The notes under the pieces were generated by a model. That model did not search any database. It saw nothing but the letters and a program-made list of their open reading frames with translations, and was not told where the DNA came from. A DNA stretch of 64,000 nt from Macrostomum lignano. Lineage: Eukaryota. A program made the position numbers and the translations under genes. This document shows positions 1 through 11,775 of the stretch, in pieces. Location: contig NIVC01001384.1 of NCBI GenBank assembly GCA_002269645.1, positions 7,801 through 71,800 of the forward strand, read 5' to 3'. Positions within the stretch are counted from its first letter, which is position 1; each line of letters opens with the position of its first letter.

Positions 1-288
1 GACTGACTGGACTTAAAGTTAAAGATAAAGTTAAGGTTAGTTTTTTTTACAATTTGCATTACTGAGTAGGGCCTAGTAGTGTTTCTGAATCCTTGAGCTT
101 GGCTTAGATTTAAATTAATATTTTGTCATTTACTGTACAGTCATATAAATTTATTCTTACTTTTATTTTATTTTTTTATAATAAAACTTAAAATAATAAT
201 TAAAAAAATTATTTATTAATTGACTGATTGCTGATGTACACTGAAAAAATGGCAAGTATCCTTGTATAGTTGTATGCTAAGAAATCTG

Positions 289-399
289 GGCAATCTTCAA
301 GTTTCGTTCGTTTAATTATTTCCGGAATTATTTTCGCCCTCTATTCAAGGGTGGTGGGGGTGGGTGTTGGAATTAAACAAACGAAACTTGAAGATAACC
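289..399. mobile_element. 111-bp MITE with ~29-bp terminal inverted repeats and 8-bp target-site duplication (Merlin-like termini)
   Basis: Left end GGCAATCTTCAAGTTTCGTTCGTTTAATT pairs with the reverse complement of the right end AATTAAACAAACGAAACTTGAAGATAACC (3 mismatches). GAAATCTG is directly repeated at 281-288 and 400-407. GG termini with an 8-bp TSD are typical of Merlin/IS1016; the family call is inference. Confidence 0.75.
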
Positions 400-858
400 G
401 AAATCTGAACTAGGCCCTATGGCCTAATAATTCAAAAATTCCTCATTTTGGCACTAGTGCAGTTTTGTTTGCAAAATTATGCCTATTTTTTCTTTTTAAT
501 TTGTGCCAGTTCCAATGATTAATAATGCTGACGACATTTTAATATCACAGTCACATTGGTTGACAATTTATTTAACAAAATTATTGTCGTATTGATATTG
601 ATTATATTATTGATTATTGGTTGATAGCCATTGCCAAGGATTTGAATCAATTATTTGAGTGATAATGCTGACAAAGAATATTTTTCAAACAAAACTAGGC
701 CTACTAGGCCTAGTCTAGTACCCTCATTTTTACTTTAAATTAATATGAGTAAACTTTTCTATTTACTTTTCTATCTACTTTTCTGTTTACTTTGCCATAA
801 AAATTTTTAGTAAGTTGGATAAATTACTTTATTTGTCAACTTTTCTGTCAAATATTCA

Positions 859-1059
859 CAGGCACCATGCCACCATGGAACAGGGGGGCTGCCCCCCCCC
901 CCCGACATTGAGTTGGGGGGGCATTGCCCCCCCCCTCAATATACCGTTCAACAGCATAATTTTGCTCAAAATTTTTATCACTGTCCAAGACAGGGTCTGG
1001 GCTTGAGTTTTAGAAACTTGGTCTTGCCCCCTTGGCAAAAACTCATTCCGCGGTGCCTG
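859..1059. mobile_element. hAT-type MITE
   Basis: Termini CAGGCACC (859-866) and GGTGCCTG (1052-1059); perfect 8-bp TSD AATATTCA at 851-858 and 1060-1067; internal G/C runs; no coding capacity. Confidence 0.8.
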
Positions 1060-1260
1060 AATATTCATTAGGCCTATATCAACTTTTCTATAAACTTTTC
1101 TATGACTATGTTGTAAATGGATTGAAGATTATTTTTTCTAAGTTTCGGCTTATAAAAAATTTTCTAATTGTAGAAAATTAGAATTTTATTTTATGTCAAC
1201 TTTTTATTTTATGTACATTTTTCCAATATATAAAAGTTGTAAAAATGCATGGCATTCGTA

Positions 1261-3840
1261 TAGCTCAACTCTTTGACTTTGGTTTTATGAATATATTTTA
1301 TTTTTGATATACATATTTATATATAGCTAAGAATAATAAAAAAGACTCATTAAACCAATGAGCCAAACTATGCAATTTTAATGATTTTTTATAAGCATAG
1401 GTAAGCCCTATGCAGTTGTATATAAAATAAAAAACTAATTAACATTAGAATCCTACTTTTCTTGATAAAAAGCTTTATAAATATCACTATAAAGCTATTG
1501 CAAAGGCACAACATATCCAAAGATTCTGATAAGATTAGCTTTCTATTGAAAGCAATAACAAGTTTATTAATAAAAGAAAGTAAAAAAGTTCTTATCTTCA
1601 TAGAGACAGTGTTTTTTTAAATAAAAAGTGGCATTCAAAACTTTTTCCATAAAATGTAAGTATTGCATTCTATATATATGTTGCAGTTTAATTGTCTTTA
1701 GGGCCTATATGTATAGTATACATTATTTTTAATTTTGGTATTGTTGGCATACTCATTTTGGCACTGCAGAGGCTGTTTTATTGCCTTAAATCAAAATTAT
1801 TTATTATCATAATTTATGGTTTACTAGGTAATATTAATGAGGCCTAAATGATAAAGACAAAGCATTTGCACATCCCTAGGCCCATAGTTTTTATTGGGAA
1901 TAATGTCTCCCCCAATGATATAAAAAAACCAATAAATGAAAAAAATTGGAAATATAACACTATACATTAAAGCAAAAAAATAGAAACTGCTTATCCCAGT
2001 GCATTTTAATAGAATTAAAAATACTAATAATTTTGTTTGGTCATTTTCAAATATAAACATATGAGTAATATTAAAAAAATGGAAATTTTGATAGAATGAA
2101 GAAGGAGGAACTTGAAGGAAAAGTTTATAGCCTAATTTATACTCGTAAAGCTAGTGGAACCTAGCTAGTGGAAAGTAGCAAAAGTTCTTTTGATTGAATG
2201 CTTTCAGACTTCTTTGTTAGGCTGATGTGACAAAAAGATATCTATGGAGAAACTTGGAGAAGCATATAGCTTTTAAAGCAATAGAATATTTCAAACTTTA
2301 TTGCTTTTTGTTCCCTCCTTTTGCTACGCTAAAAGTCTTGGATATGCATTCAAGTGTTGCTCAAAGGAGTGTGAGAAACACCCTTTGGGGATAGGGCACA
2401 GTTGAGCTGAGATTCATGCTCAACTTTCATTGGCTCATGGGTTTATTGTAGTCATTTACTGCAATCATTTTGTAGCATTCATTGTAGCCAGTTAGCCATT
2501 TGTGAGCTATCACTTTGAAATTTTGTTAACTTGTTGACTTAATGTAAGTCTATGGGTGACCTTTTGCTACATATGTAGTTGTAACTTTTGATAAAAACTG
2601 ATGGACCCAAATGATTCTAGTAGCAAATTGTAGAAGTTAAAAGCCGCTTTCCAGCAACACCTAACTTGTAATTATTGATTGCATTGTTCATGAGCAGCAT
2701 GTTGATATATATTGCAAGAATACACTGTGCTAATGCATTGTGTACAAGTAGTACAATTATTTTAAAAGTGATTACACTGATAAACTTTTGTTGAGCTTTA
2801 AATAGGTGTCTTAAAATGTCTATAGCTTGAATACCATATCCCTTGACTACTTACTATAGGTATTTTATAAGTTTCCTTGTTCTAACAACTAAAATATTTT
2901 TTACATAAGTTAAAAGTAACATATATACTAGGAGGGTCAAGGAACATTGATTAGACTAAAGGATCAGTCACCTAAAACACTTTATATGATTCATATTAGA
3001 ATAGCAACCCTTTTGATTTGTTTAAGGTTATTTATTCTTGCTATCTTGAGTATACTGAACTGAATACTTTAGAGACAATGTTTATAAAATGTCAGAAGCC
3101 TAAATTTTAACTATTAGTTAGCTACATGTATACAAGATGTTGCCACTAACTCAACATTTTCTAAGTTGAGTATATATGCCACTATAGCTGTGGCCCATCC
3201 TGGCTTAAGTCAAAATTTGCCTAGCCTATCTTGGGCCCAACATGCTCTAATCTAGCCAAGTCAAGCTTAATTGTCTATGATATGTATATCCTTTTAGAAG
3301 CTAATAAATATTGAATAACTACTCAAATATTAGGTCCCAATATTTAATAATATTTAATATTCCTAATAATTAGGACTTTTTGAACCTTAAAGATATAAAA
3401 AACTTCTAATTTTCTGATTTTTTTAAACTTTGCCAGGCAGTCAAGGGGTATCATAAATGATAAAAAAGCTAAATCTGCAAATGTTTACCCTTGGCTTTGG
3501 TGATGATAGGAGCTTGATTTGTTTATCCCCTATAGATTATAACTGTTAACTATTCTGGTTTGTTATTAAACATAAATGTAAAACAATATATGCTTAATGA
3601 ATTAATAATCTACCTAATCTTAAATAGGTATCAAGTCTCTATTGAACAGAGTTTAGGATAAACAGAACTTCTAGTTTTGATAGGACTACAATTTCTTTTC
3701 TATATGGGTTACTCATGGCATGGGTTATTTAGATATTTAAGCTTCATTTTTAATTGGGTCAAAATTTTATATTACTTGATCTTCAATAGATCCCTATACC
3801 TATATTGAAGTTTAGGTATTGAACACCTTGATTCCCTATG
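1261..3840. other. AT-rich, strongly CpG-depleted island, probably a decayed transposon or foreign DNA
   Basis: By eye only about three CG dinucleotides in ~2.6 kb, while sequence after ~3850 has abundant CG. No intact ORF. Confidence 0.55.
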
Positions 3841-4155
3841 CTCTAGTTGTTGGTCATTGACCTTTCGGTTGGTCACTCCTTTGGACGCCCCCTCCAAAAC
3901 TTTTATGCCTCTATGCCTCTATTGAGGTTTAGGCAAATAATAAAATCGATTCCCATGAAAATTATCATAAGCCAACTCTGCAGTTTGTCAGACATTTGTA
4001 TCATTAGCAACTTGTGATTAGCAGGGAAAACAAAAACCCTGAATACATTAATACCTGTTTCCATGTTCTGCAGACTTGTTAACTAAACAGACCCTACTCA
4101 ACTGCATGCAAAATAGTGCAAATCAGAACCTATCCTACTCAGCCAGCTGGGAGAT

Positions 4156-5061
4156 ATGAGCAGTCGTGATTCTTACCTAGCCTGGCTATCAAAGCCACTG
4201 ATTGAGCACGCCAACAAGGTGCTAAGCAAAGACTTGAATAAATCGGGCGAGCGTCTATACGATCATTGGTGCCGTCGAACCCGCAAAGAGTGCTTCATGG
4301 CCAGCTATCAGAATGAGTTCTTTCGAGCCTCCTATTGTATTAACCGGCTAGCAATATCCGCCAGGTCTTACATCCAGGCTGCCGATCGGATATGCGCCGA
4401 CGTGCCCGAATTCATGGATTTTCTACGCTCTGTTAGGCACGTTATCAGCATTGGCTGCGGTCCCGGCTCCGATGCCATTGGCCTGTTAGCCTTTCTTGGT
4501 TGCGGCTTGCCGCAGCAGCAGCAGCAAGAAAAAGCCGAACTGCAAGAGCAGCAGCGCATTGTATTCTACATGATTGACCAGTGCGACAGCTGGGCCGACT
4601 ACGTGTCCGCGTTGGACGCGCATCTAGTCAATACTGGCTCCTCGTTGTGGTTCAAACCGCTCCGATTTAAAGATATTGGCCACGAGGCCTATCTGCCGCC
4701 GGCCGATATGATTGTATTTAGCTTTGCCAATACGGCACTGATGGATCCGCAGCTCTGGCCGCAGTTGGTCCGGCGCTACAGACTAGTATTAGTGCTTGAC
4801 AGCGTCCGCGAGACTCTCAAAGACGAATACGACGGTTGCAAGTTTAATTCGTTTCAGCTTAGCGATCGAACTCGGTGCTATTTTCATCTGGCTGGCTATT
4901 CCAGTACTAATAGTAGTAAAAAAGAAAATTTAGATGATTCGCCCGAAGCTGCCAAGGTTGACACCGAGGCGGCGATGCCGCCGCCATCGCCAATGTCTGA
5001 GCCGTCACCGACGCCTACGACGTCTGACGCGCCGGATGTTGCTTCTATAGCCAACGATTGA
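4156..5061 (+). CDS. Class I SAM-dependent methyltransferase-like protein, intronless, 301 aa
   Basis: Non-repetitive ATG-TGA ORF with motif I VISIGCGPGSD, an acidic residue after beta-2 (FYMIDQCDSW) and a motif-IV-like ADMIVFSF; Pro/Ser/Asp-rich C-terminal tail; GC-rich relative to its flanks. Confidence 0.75.
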   Translation: MSSRDSYLAWLSKPLIEHANKVLSKDLNKSGERLYDHWCRRTRKECFMASYQNEFFRASYCINRLAISARSYIQAADRICADVPEFMDFLRSVRHVISIGCGPGSDAIGLLAFLGCGLPQQQQQEKAELQEQQRIVFYMIDQCDSWADYVSALDAHLVNTGSSLWFKPLRFKDIGHEAYLPPADMIVFSFANTALMDPQLWPQLVRRYRLVLVLDSVRETLKDEYDGCKFNSFQLSDRTRCYFHLAGYSSTNSSKKENLDDSPEAAKVDTEAAMPPPSPMSEPSPTPTTSDAPDVASIAND

Positions 5062-5369
5062 CTTGCTTGACTTAGCTGCAGGGGCTCCGGGCATCAGCGA
5101 GGAGGCGTCGACACCCATTCGGCTAAATATATTGCGAGATTCTGTGATGCTGGTGTCCGCAGCGCGGTCCCCCTCCGGAGAGTACAGGTGGTGGATGGCC
5201 TACGATCGGCACCCGCTAGATTATTACGGTGCAGTGTGCATCCAGGCGCGATTGCAGATTGTTAACTTGTCTTCTAATGGGACCTAGCTTCTATGTAGCA
5301 ATTTAAATAATTAGATTTAATACATTCTAGTGCTTGCTGAAGTTATCGATTTATGATCCATCGCACCTT

Positions 5370-5750
5370 GGCACTCCACCCGCCCCTTGATACTCTATCC
5401 ACCCCTAAATACTCTATCCGCCCCCCTTGATACTCTATCCACCCCTAAATACTCTATCCGCCCCCTTGATACTCTATCCGCCCCCTTGATACTCTATCCA
5501 CCCCTAAATACTCTATCCGCCCCCTTGATACTCTATCCGCCCCCTTAATGCTCTATCCGTCCCTTTGATACTCTATCCACCCCTAAATACTCTATCCGCA
5601 CCACCTGGTACTCCACCTGCCCCCTTTATGCTCTATCCGCCCCCTTGATACTCTATCCGCCCCTAAATACTCCATCCGCGCCCTCAATACTCCATCCGCC
5701 CCTTGATACTCTATCCGCCATTAAATACTCTATCTGCCCCTACATACTCC
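5370..5750. repeat. ~20-21 bp minisatellite (CCCCTTGATACTCTATCCGC / CCCTAAATACTCTATCCAC)
   Basis: Tandem copies visible directly. Confidence 0.9.
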
Positions 5751-8438
5751 GCCAGCGCCATGTAATATATGCAATGCTTAAGCACGAAAGCCATGCTATT
5801 CTGCTATGATCCTAGATGTGCATACTTGTCCAAAAGTTTGCATTGATGATCAGCTACTTGTATTCTATTCTGTGCTTTAGATGCCTTCCTCTAAGTCCCG
5901 GTCTCGCGTTAAATGTATTTTCAGTGCAGCCAGGATATAATTACATGCACATTTAATTAGGCATGCACTTATCATCAGTGAGTGCGTGTTTGTTATTTTA
6001 TACGTTTGTTTGTTCGACTCATTCACTTGTCTGAACTTATGTAGCTTTCTCCGTCAGTTTATTTAATGAAATATTGAGCATTCAAATTTGCTTTTATTTC
6101 TACTTCTAGTAGCAGTCTCATGGATAGCGTATTTTAAAATATACGTGTATCTACGTTTGCTTTTTGACGTTTGATCAACATGCGTAAAATCGAAAGCGAA
6201 AAAAATCGACTTCATTCCTTTATTTTTCTTAGGGAAATTTGAAATATAAACTTGTAGCGATTGTAATGCAATACTTTGCATCAAAACAAGATGTTGGCGT
6301 CAAAAGCGCGCCAGATAAGGTCGGTTATATTTATAACTAGAAGCGTGTCGGTTGGCTGGCATTGGGCCGAATTTTTGTTGATGAAGAAAGCAAATCATGT
6401 GAAGCCAGGGCGCACTGGCTCTCAAAGCTCCGTTGCAAATTTTGCAGCAAGGTGCCCAGTTGCATTTAAAATAAGATCAATTTGTTAAAAGTGAGTTCAT
6501 GTAAAGGGGAATATTATAGTTCTTTCCATATTTAAGAAGGCGATGATTATTGATCTTTTGGAAATGCTAAGCTGCTAATTTGATCTCCCGATTCTCCCTC
6601 CTCGCACGAAGCTAGCCGTGCGAAATGAAAAATTTGAGAAGCCAACGATTTTTATGACGATTTGCCTTTCAATCTAATCAAGCCTGTGAAGTAGGGGGGG
6701 GCAATTGAAATCCTAGTGCTCCAGCTTTAAAGTGTTGAGTAGCTGGCATTGTCTAAAGCGGGTGGAAAAGCCAAGCATGAATTGCACCTCTCTAGAACCT
6801 GTATATAGTCGCATGCTGTATCAAATTCCGCACAGAAATTTTCCATTGGAGCTGTTGCTTACATCAATGCTCGGGCACACTCTGTCAATGCTGCTTGAGC
6901 TGTGGTGGTTCTTTGGCTTTTTTAAGCAAATACTTTTTGTCGGGATTTCTGCCGCATGCCTGGCTGTGTGTGCGTCTTAACGAGCTGTTGTCATAGCAGT
7001 TGGCTATCTCAAAGTAAAAATTTAGGAATGCAAATGTTTGCAATTATATTCTTATTGTTTGCATTCCTAAAGCGAAGTAGCATTCCTAAAATGCAACGAG
7101 CTGTATATAATGTATGCAGCAAGTTTGACAAATCGCCAATGTTGTTCGCCTTGCATGCGCGACCACAAAGCCAATGGGATTTAATCGATGCCTGGAATTA
7201 AAACTCTTTGCATGGGTGGTCTTATTGCTAAATTTTTAATTCCCTCTTTCTCTTCGCTTCATTCTCCCGCCGCTCTGAGCACTTGTTTTAGCACACAGAT
7301 TTTAGCTCGTATTCATTAGAGCGGCTTGATCTGCCCCAATCCCGCTGCAGAGCTCTTCCCAAGGGAGCAAAAATATGAGCGAGACCCGTGCTGGGACTTA
7401 CAAGATCCCATCTGGTTGGGAATGGGAAGCAGCAGGTCTTATAGGTATATGGCTTGTATTGCTTTTATTTTGAATTATTGCCCTAAGTGTTTTATACAAT
7501 ACCACAACAGTCTGGTCTTTCCCGATCTGCGAATGGATATTAGATGTAAGTACAACAGCTTGTGGTCTATTGGATAGATTTCTCCTCGCAAAATCTGAAC
7601 CAAATCTTCGGTTCCCTGTCCCAGCGAGTTGGGCTTTTTTATCTACCCGCGAGCCACTCGAAGCCTTTGAATTTTGTTTGAAACGCTTTCCCCTGCAAAA
7701 ATTGCTCTTGCCTATTCATTTACCTAATTGAAATGCGCAGTGCCGGCTGCGTATGACGGCTGACTGAAATGGTTACAGAGTTCTCTGTAGCAAATCAGAA
7801 TGCCATTATTGAAGGATTGAATTTAGCTTAGCTTGACTAAACTACATTTAATAACTGTGTCTCCAACGTTTCCTTAGAACGGCAATAGCATGACGCATGG
7901 CCCGGAATCCATGTAGCTGTATGCAAATAAATCGGTAGTTTGCAAATTTGAGTAGTTCGTGTCGGTTGAGTAATTTATGCTGCAATATTACTTCGCTATC
8001 GCATCTCTATAGTCATTCGCACGTTTTTTTATCTGCAAATGATTAACTACAGCTTTGTATCCGCTATAGGCGCTTTATTACCTTGGCGCCCGAGGGAGAT
8101 GGATACGAAAGTCAAAGGAGAGGCGGCCAGCTCGCATTCCGATATATTTTGTATTACTCGATGCGCCTTGCCTTCTTATGCGTCAGAAGCTGTAGCTATC
8201 GTGGAAAAAAGTTACCTATTTCTTTATCCTATGTGAGGAAACATTAAAGCGCACATCCCGGTACAAGCCGCTGGGTCTCACAAAGATTTGCAATTTCATC
8301 ACTCGCATGCAGTGGAGCGCTCTTTCAATAGGACGCCTCGATTCCTTCCCGATAGACGTCACACTGCACGGCCTTGTTGGCTAAGGCCTCCCCGGATTGG
8401 TGCACGAAAGAGCTAGTGAACGGACGATCATCCGCTAT

Positions 8439-8446
8439 TATATAAG
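8439..8446 (+). promoter_or_regulatory. Candidate TATA box of the LFGxxDRY neuropeptide gene
   Basis: TATATAAG about 80 nt upstream of ATG 8527. Confidence 0.4.
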
Positions 8447-8526
8447 CGTCGTCCGCTACAGGAAATCTTACCGATCTTACCAAGTCTTGGCAAATCTAAC
8501 CAGCCTAGTCCTCTCCAGTTTTGCCG

Positions 8527-9081
8527 ATGCGCAGCAAAGTTGTCTCACTGGGCCAGGCCGGGCGCCTCCTGGTCGCGCTGCTTTTGGCTATGACAGTCTT
8601 TGCTTCACTTTCCGACGGGCAGCCTCTGCGCGGCGAGGATGGCTTCGCCGAGACGGACAACGGTGCCGTCAGTGACTGGTCTGTCAGCCGGTCTCTGTTC
8701 GGAAGTCCGGACAGGTACAAGCGTCTGTTCGGCACTACTGACAGGTACAAGCGTCTGTTCGGCACTCCTGACAGGTACAAGCGTCTGTTCGGCACTCCTG
8801 GCAGGTACAAGCGTCTGTTCGGCACTCCTGACAGGTACAAGCGTCTGTTCGGCACTCCTGACAGGTACAAGCGTCTGTTCGGCACTCCTGACAGGTACAA
8901 GCGTCTGTTCGGCACTCCTGACAGGTACAAGCGTCTGTTCGGCACTCCGCTGGACCGATTTCGACGACGCGACGCCAAGCGACTGTTCGGTTTCGAGCAG
9001 GCAAATCGGTTTCGACGGTTCTACCGGACGGGCTCGTACTTTGACGCTAGGCCTGACCGGTTCAAGCGTTTTGACGAGTGA
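8527..9081 (+). CDS. Neuropeptide precursor (prepropeptide) with ~11 LFG..DRY/F-type peptides
   Basis: Hydrophobic signal peptide (MRSKVVSLGQAGRLLVALLLAMTVFASLSDG), acidic spacer, then SLFGSPDRY, LFGTTDRY, LFGTPDRY x5, LFGTPGRY, LFGTPLDRF, LFGFEQANRF and FYRTGSYFDARPDRF, each followed by KR/RR convertase sites. Eight near-identical 30-bp coding units lie at ~8693-8948. Confidence 0.92.
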   Translation: MRSKVVSLGQAGRLLVALLLAMTVFASLSDGQPLRGEDGFAETDNGAVSDWSVSRSLFGSPDRYKRLFGTTDRYKRLFGTPDRYKRLFGTPGRYKRLFGTPDRYKRLFGTPDRYKRLFGTPDRYKRLFGTPDRYKRLFGTPLDRFRRRDAKRLFGFEQANRFRRFYRTGSYFDARPDRFKRFDE

Positions 9082-10146
9082 CTCGATATCCGTTCCGTCC
9101 CGTCCGCGTCCTGCACGTGCGAACTGATTTGTTAAACACGTTATCTATTGCATGTGCTATATAGACGACGCATATTACAAAATAAGAACTCTGAACAATT
9201 GTGAACTGAACAATTTAGTCTGCTATATCGCAGTTTATTCCTCGTCTCCTTGGTTGTTCGAAGAGTAGGCCCAGCTTCCTGACTCCCTTAGGGGAGCTTT
9301 GGAAAGTTCCCTATCAATACATACTACTGAGAAGCTAACCACTATGGACTGCCTAAGGAACTCAATGTCTTGTTCCTGCATAATCAGATGCACACTCAGA
9401 GATTGCCGGTAACTCGTCTGCGCACAGGACCATATCAAGGGAAATAGTCAAAAGAATCCTGTTCAATTAAACTCTGCTTCTCAGTCTGCAGGCTCTGCAA
9501 GGTGTAGTACATGTACAAGCTATACCCATGGTCGAGTACGTGTGATTAAAAATTAAAATAGCATAAGTCTGGAACCCCTATCTGTCGTATCCAAAAGCTT
9601 GATGCAAATTGGCATTGATTCTTCTGTCAGCAGCTAAACTGAAAGCTAGCCTATAGAAGCTATATACTCTGTCATACCGAGAGATGGGTTACTGCATTGT
9701 GCTGGCAATCATCGAAAATCCATGCCAGTGCGCGCCCGAGAAAAATGCTGAGCTGCTTGGTTGGAGGTGAGAGTAAAATAATTATTTTTCTGAAGCTGTG
9801 AAGGCATCCTGAATTCATTAGCCATATGGCTTTCCTTTTTTGAATAGAATGTTATTCCCTACTCAGAATCTGCAACACAGAGCCTGCCATCTAGGACGAG
9901 AATAGCTTTGCGAGTAAATTACAATGAAAGTGAACTGCTTGCCATTATGCATAGCTAATGCGTTTTCTAAATTGTATTTTCCACGGCTCACGTATAACAA
10001 GCAGTCTGCGATTCCCTGGATACTGATAGATTATATAGAGATTGCTTATGGAGACCGATAGCCTATATCAATATACACACGATCACAGCAGGTGTAATAA
10101 ATATTGTTAGGTTTTTTTTCTTTCAAAAAACAGGCTATCTGTTAAC

Positions 10147-10462
10147 TGAAGCATCGGTGAGGGAATAGGAGCCGCTCAATGAAGCATCGGTGAGGAGGGT
10201 AGGAGCCGCTCAATGAAGCATCGGTGAGGGAATAGGAGCCGCTCACTGAAGCATCGGTGAGGGAATAGGAGCCGCTCACTGAAGCATCGGTGAGGGAATA
10301 GGAGCCGCTCACTGAAGCATCGGTGAGGAGGGTAGGAGCCGCTCAATGAAGCATCGGTGAGGGAATAGGAGCCGCTCACTGAAGCATCGGTGAGGGAATA
10401 GGAGCCGCTCACTGAAGCATCGGTGAGGGAATAGGAGCCGCTCACTGAAGCATCGGTGAGGG
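10147..10462. repeat. 33-bp minisatellite (GAAGCATCGGTGAGGGAATAGGAGCCGCTCACT)
   Basis: About 9-10 tandem copies. Confidence 0.92.
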
Positions 10463-10929
10463 GACATAAAAGTTCCCTGAAGTCATTCCCTCTTTAGGCG
10501 CAACTGACTGCAGGCTTTGGCCGCCCCGGGCCATCAGACCCTCGCAACTGCTCGTCAATATAATCCGAAATCCATGCATCTGATAATCCCATAGCATTGA
10601 CGCGCAGAGTAGGAAATGAGCTCTAGACAAAAAAGTGCCAAAGCTAGAGAAATCTTTAAATCAATATCTTACAGTGAGAGCTGCGTGCTATGCAGTAGAA
10701 AGCTGTGACTGTCAATGCTTATTCATTTGATATGGTCATGTGAAACTCTCAGTTTCCATTTGTCAAGGTCAAATTTCAAGAGGATGTGCTCAGGAAATTC
10801 TCCCCTGTTTTACCTTGCCTCCAACTCCTTGGAGAATTGAGGGGAGCGAAGATATTCTCCTGACTGGGTTTGAGATTTAAGATTTCTACATGTACATGTA
10901 CCTCACATTGTCTACCAGCCCAATTTGTG

Positions 10930-11775
10930 TTCACCTCTGTTTGTGTCCAGCTACCCCAGTTTGTGTCTAGCTACCTCTGTTTGTGTCCAGCTACACCAGT
11001 TTGTGTCTAGCTACCTCAGTTTGTGTCTAGCTACCCCAGTTTATGTCCAGCTACCCCAGTTTGTGTCTAGCTACCTCAGTTTGTGTCCAGCTACCCCAGT
11101 TTGTGTCTAGCTACCTCCGTTTGTGTCTAGCTACCTCAGTTTGTGTCTAGCTACCTCCGTTTGTGTCTAGCTAACTCAGTTTGTGTCCAGCTACCCCAGT
11201 TTGTGTCTAGCTACCTTAGTTTGTGTCTTAACTATCCCAGCTTGTGTCTAGCTACCTCAGTTTGTGTCTAGCTGCCTCAGTTTGTGTCTAGCTGCCTCAG
11301 TTTGTGTCTAGCTACCTCAGTTTGTGTCCAGCTACCCCAGTTTGTGTCTAGCTACCTTAGTTTGTGTCTTAACTATCCCAGCTTGTGTCTAGCTACCTCA
11401 GTTTGTGTCTAGCTACCTCAGTTTGTGTCTAGCTGCCTCAGTTTGTGTCTAGATACCTCAGATTGTGTCTTAACTATCCCAGCTTGTGTCTAGCTACCTC
11501 AGTTTGTGTCTAACTATCCCAGCTTGTGTCTAGCTACCTCAGTTTGTGTCTAGCTACCTCAGTTTGTGTCCAGCTACCTCAGTTTGTGTCTAGCTACCTC
11601 AGTTTGTGTCTTAACTATCCCAGCTTGTGTCTAGCTACCTCAGTTTGTGTCTAGCTGCCTCAGTTTGTGTCTAGATACCTCAGATTGTGTCTTAACTATC
11701 CCAGCTTGTGTCTAGCTACCTCAGTTTGTGTCTAGCTACCTCAGTTTGTGTCCAGCTACCCCAGTTTGTGTCTAG
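10930..11775. repeat. 20-bp minisatellite (CCAGTTTGTGTCTAGCTACC), array 1
   Basis: Tandem copies with variant units. Confidence 0.92.

Noticed and set aside
8693-8948. CRISPR-like 30-bp direct repeats
   Set aside because: No spacers, eukaryotic context, and the repeats are in-frame peptide units with KR sites.
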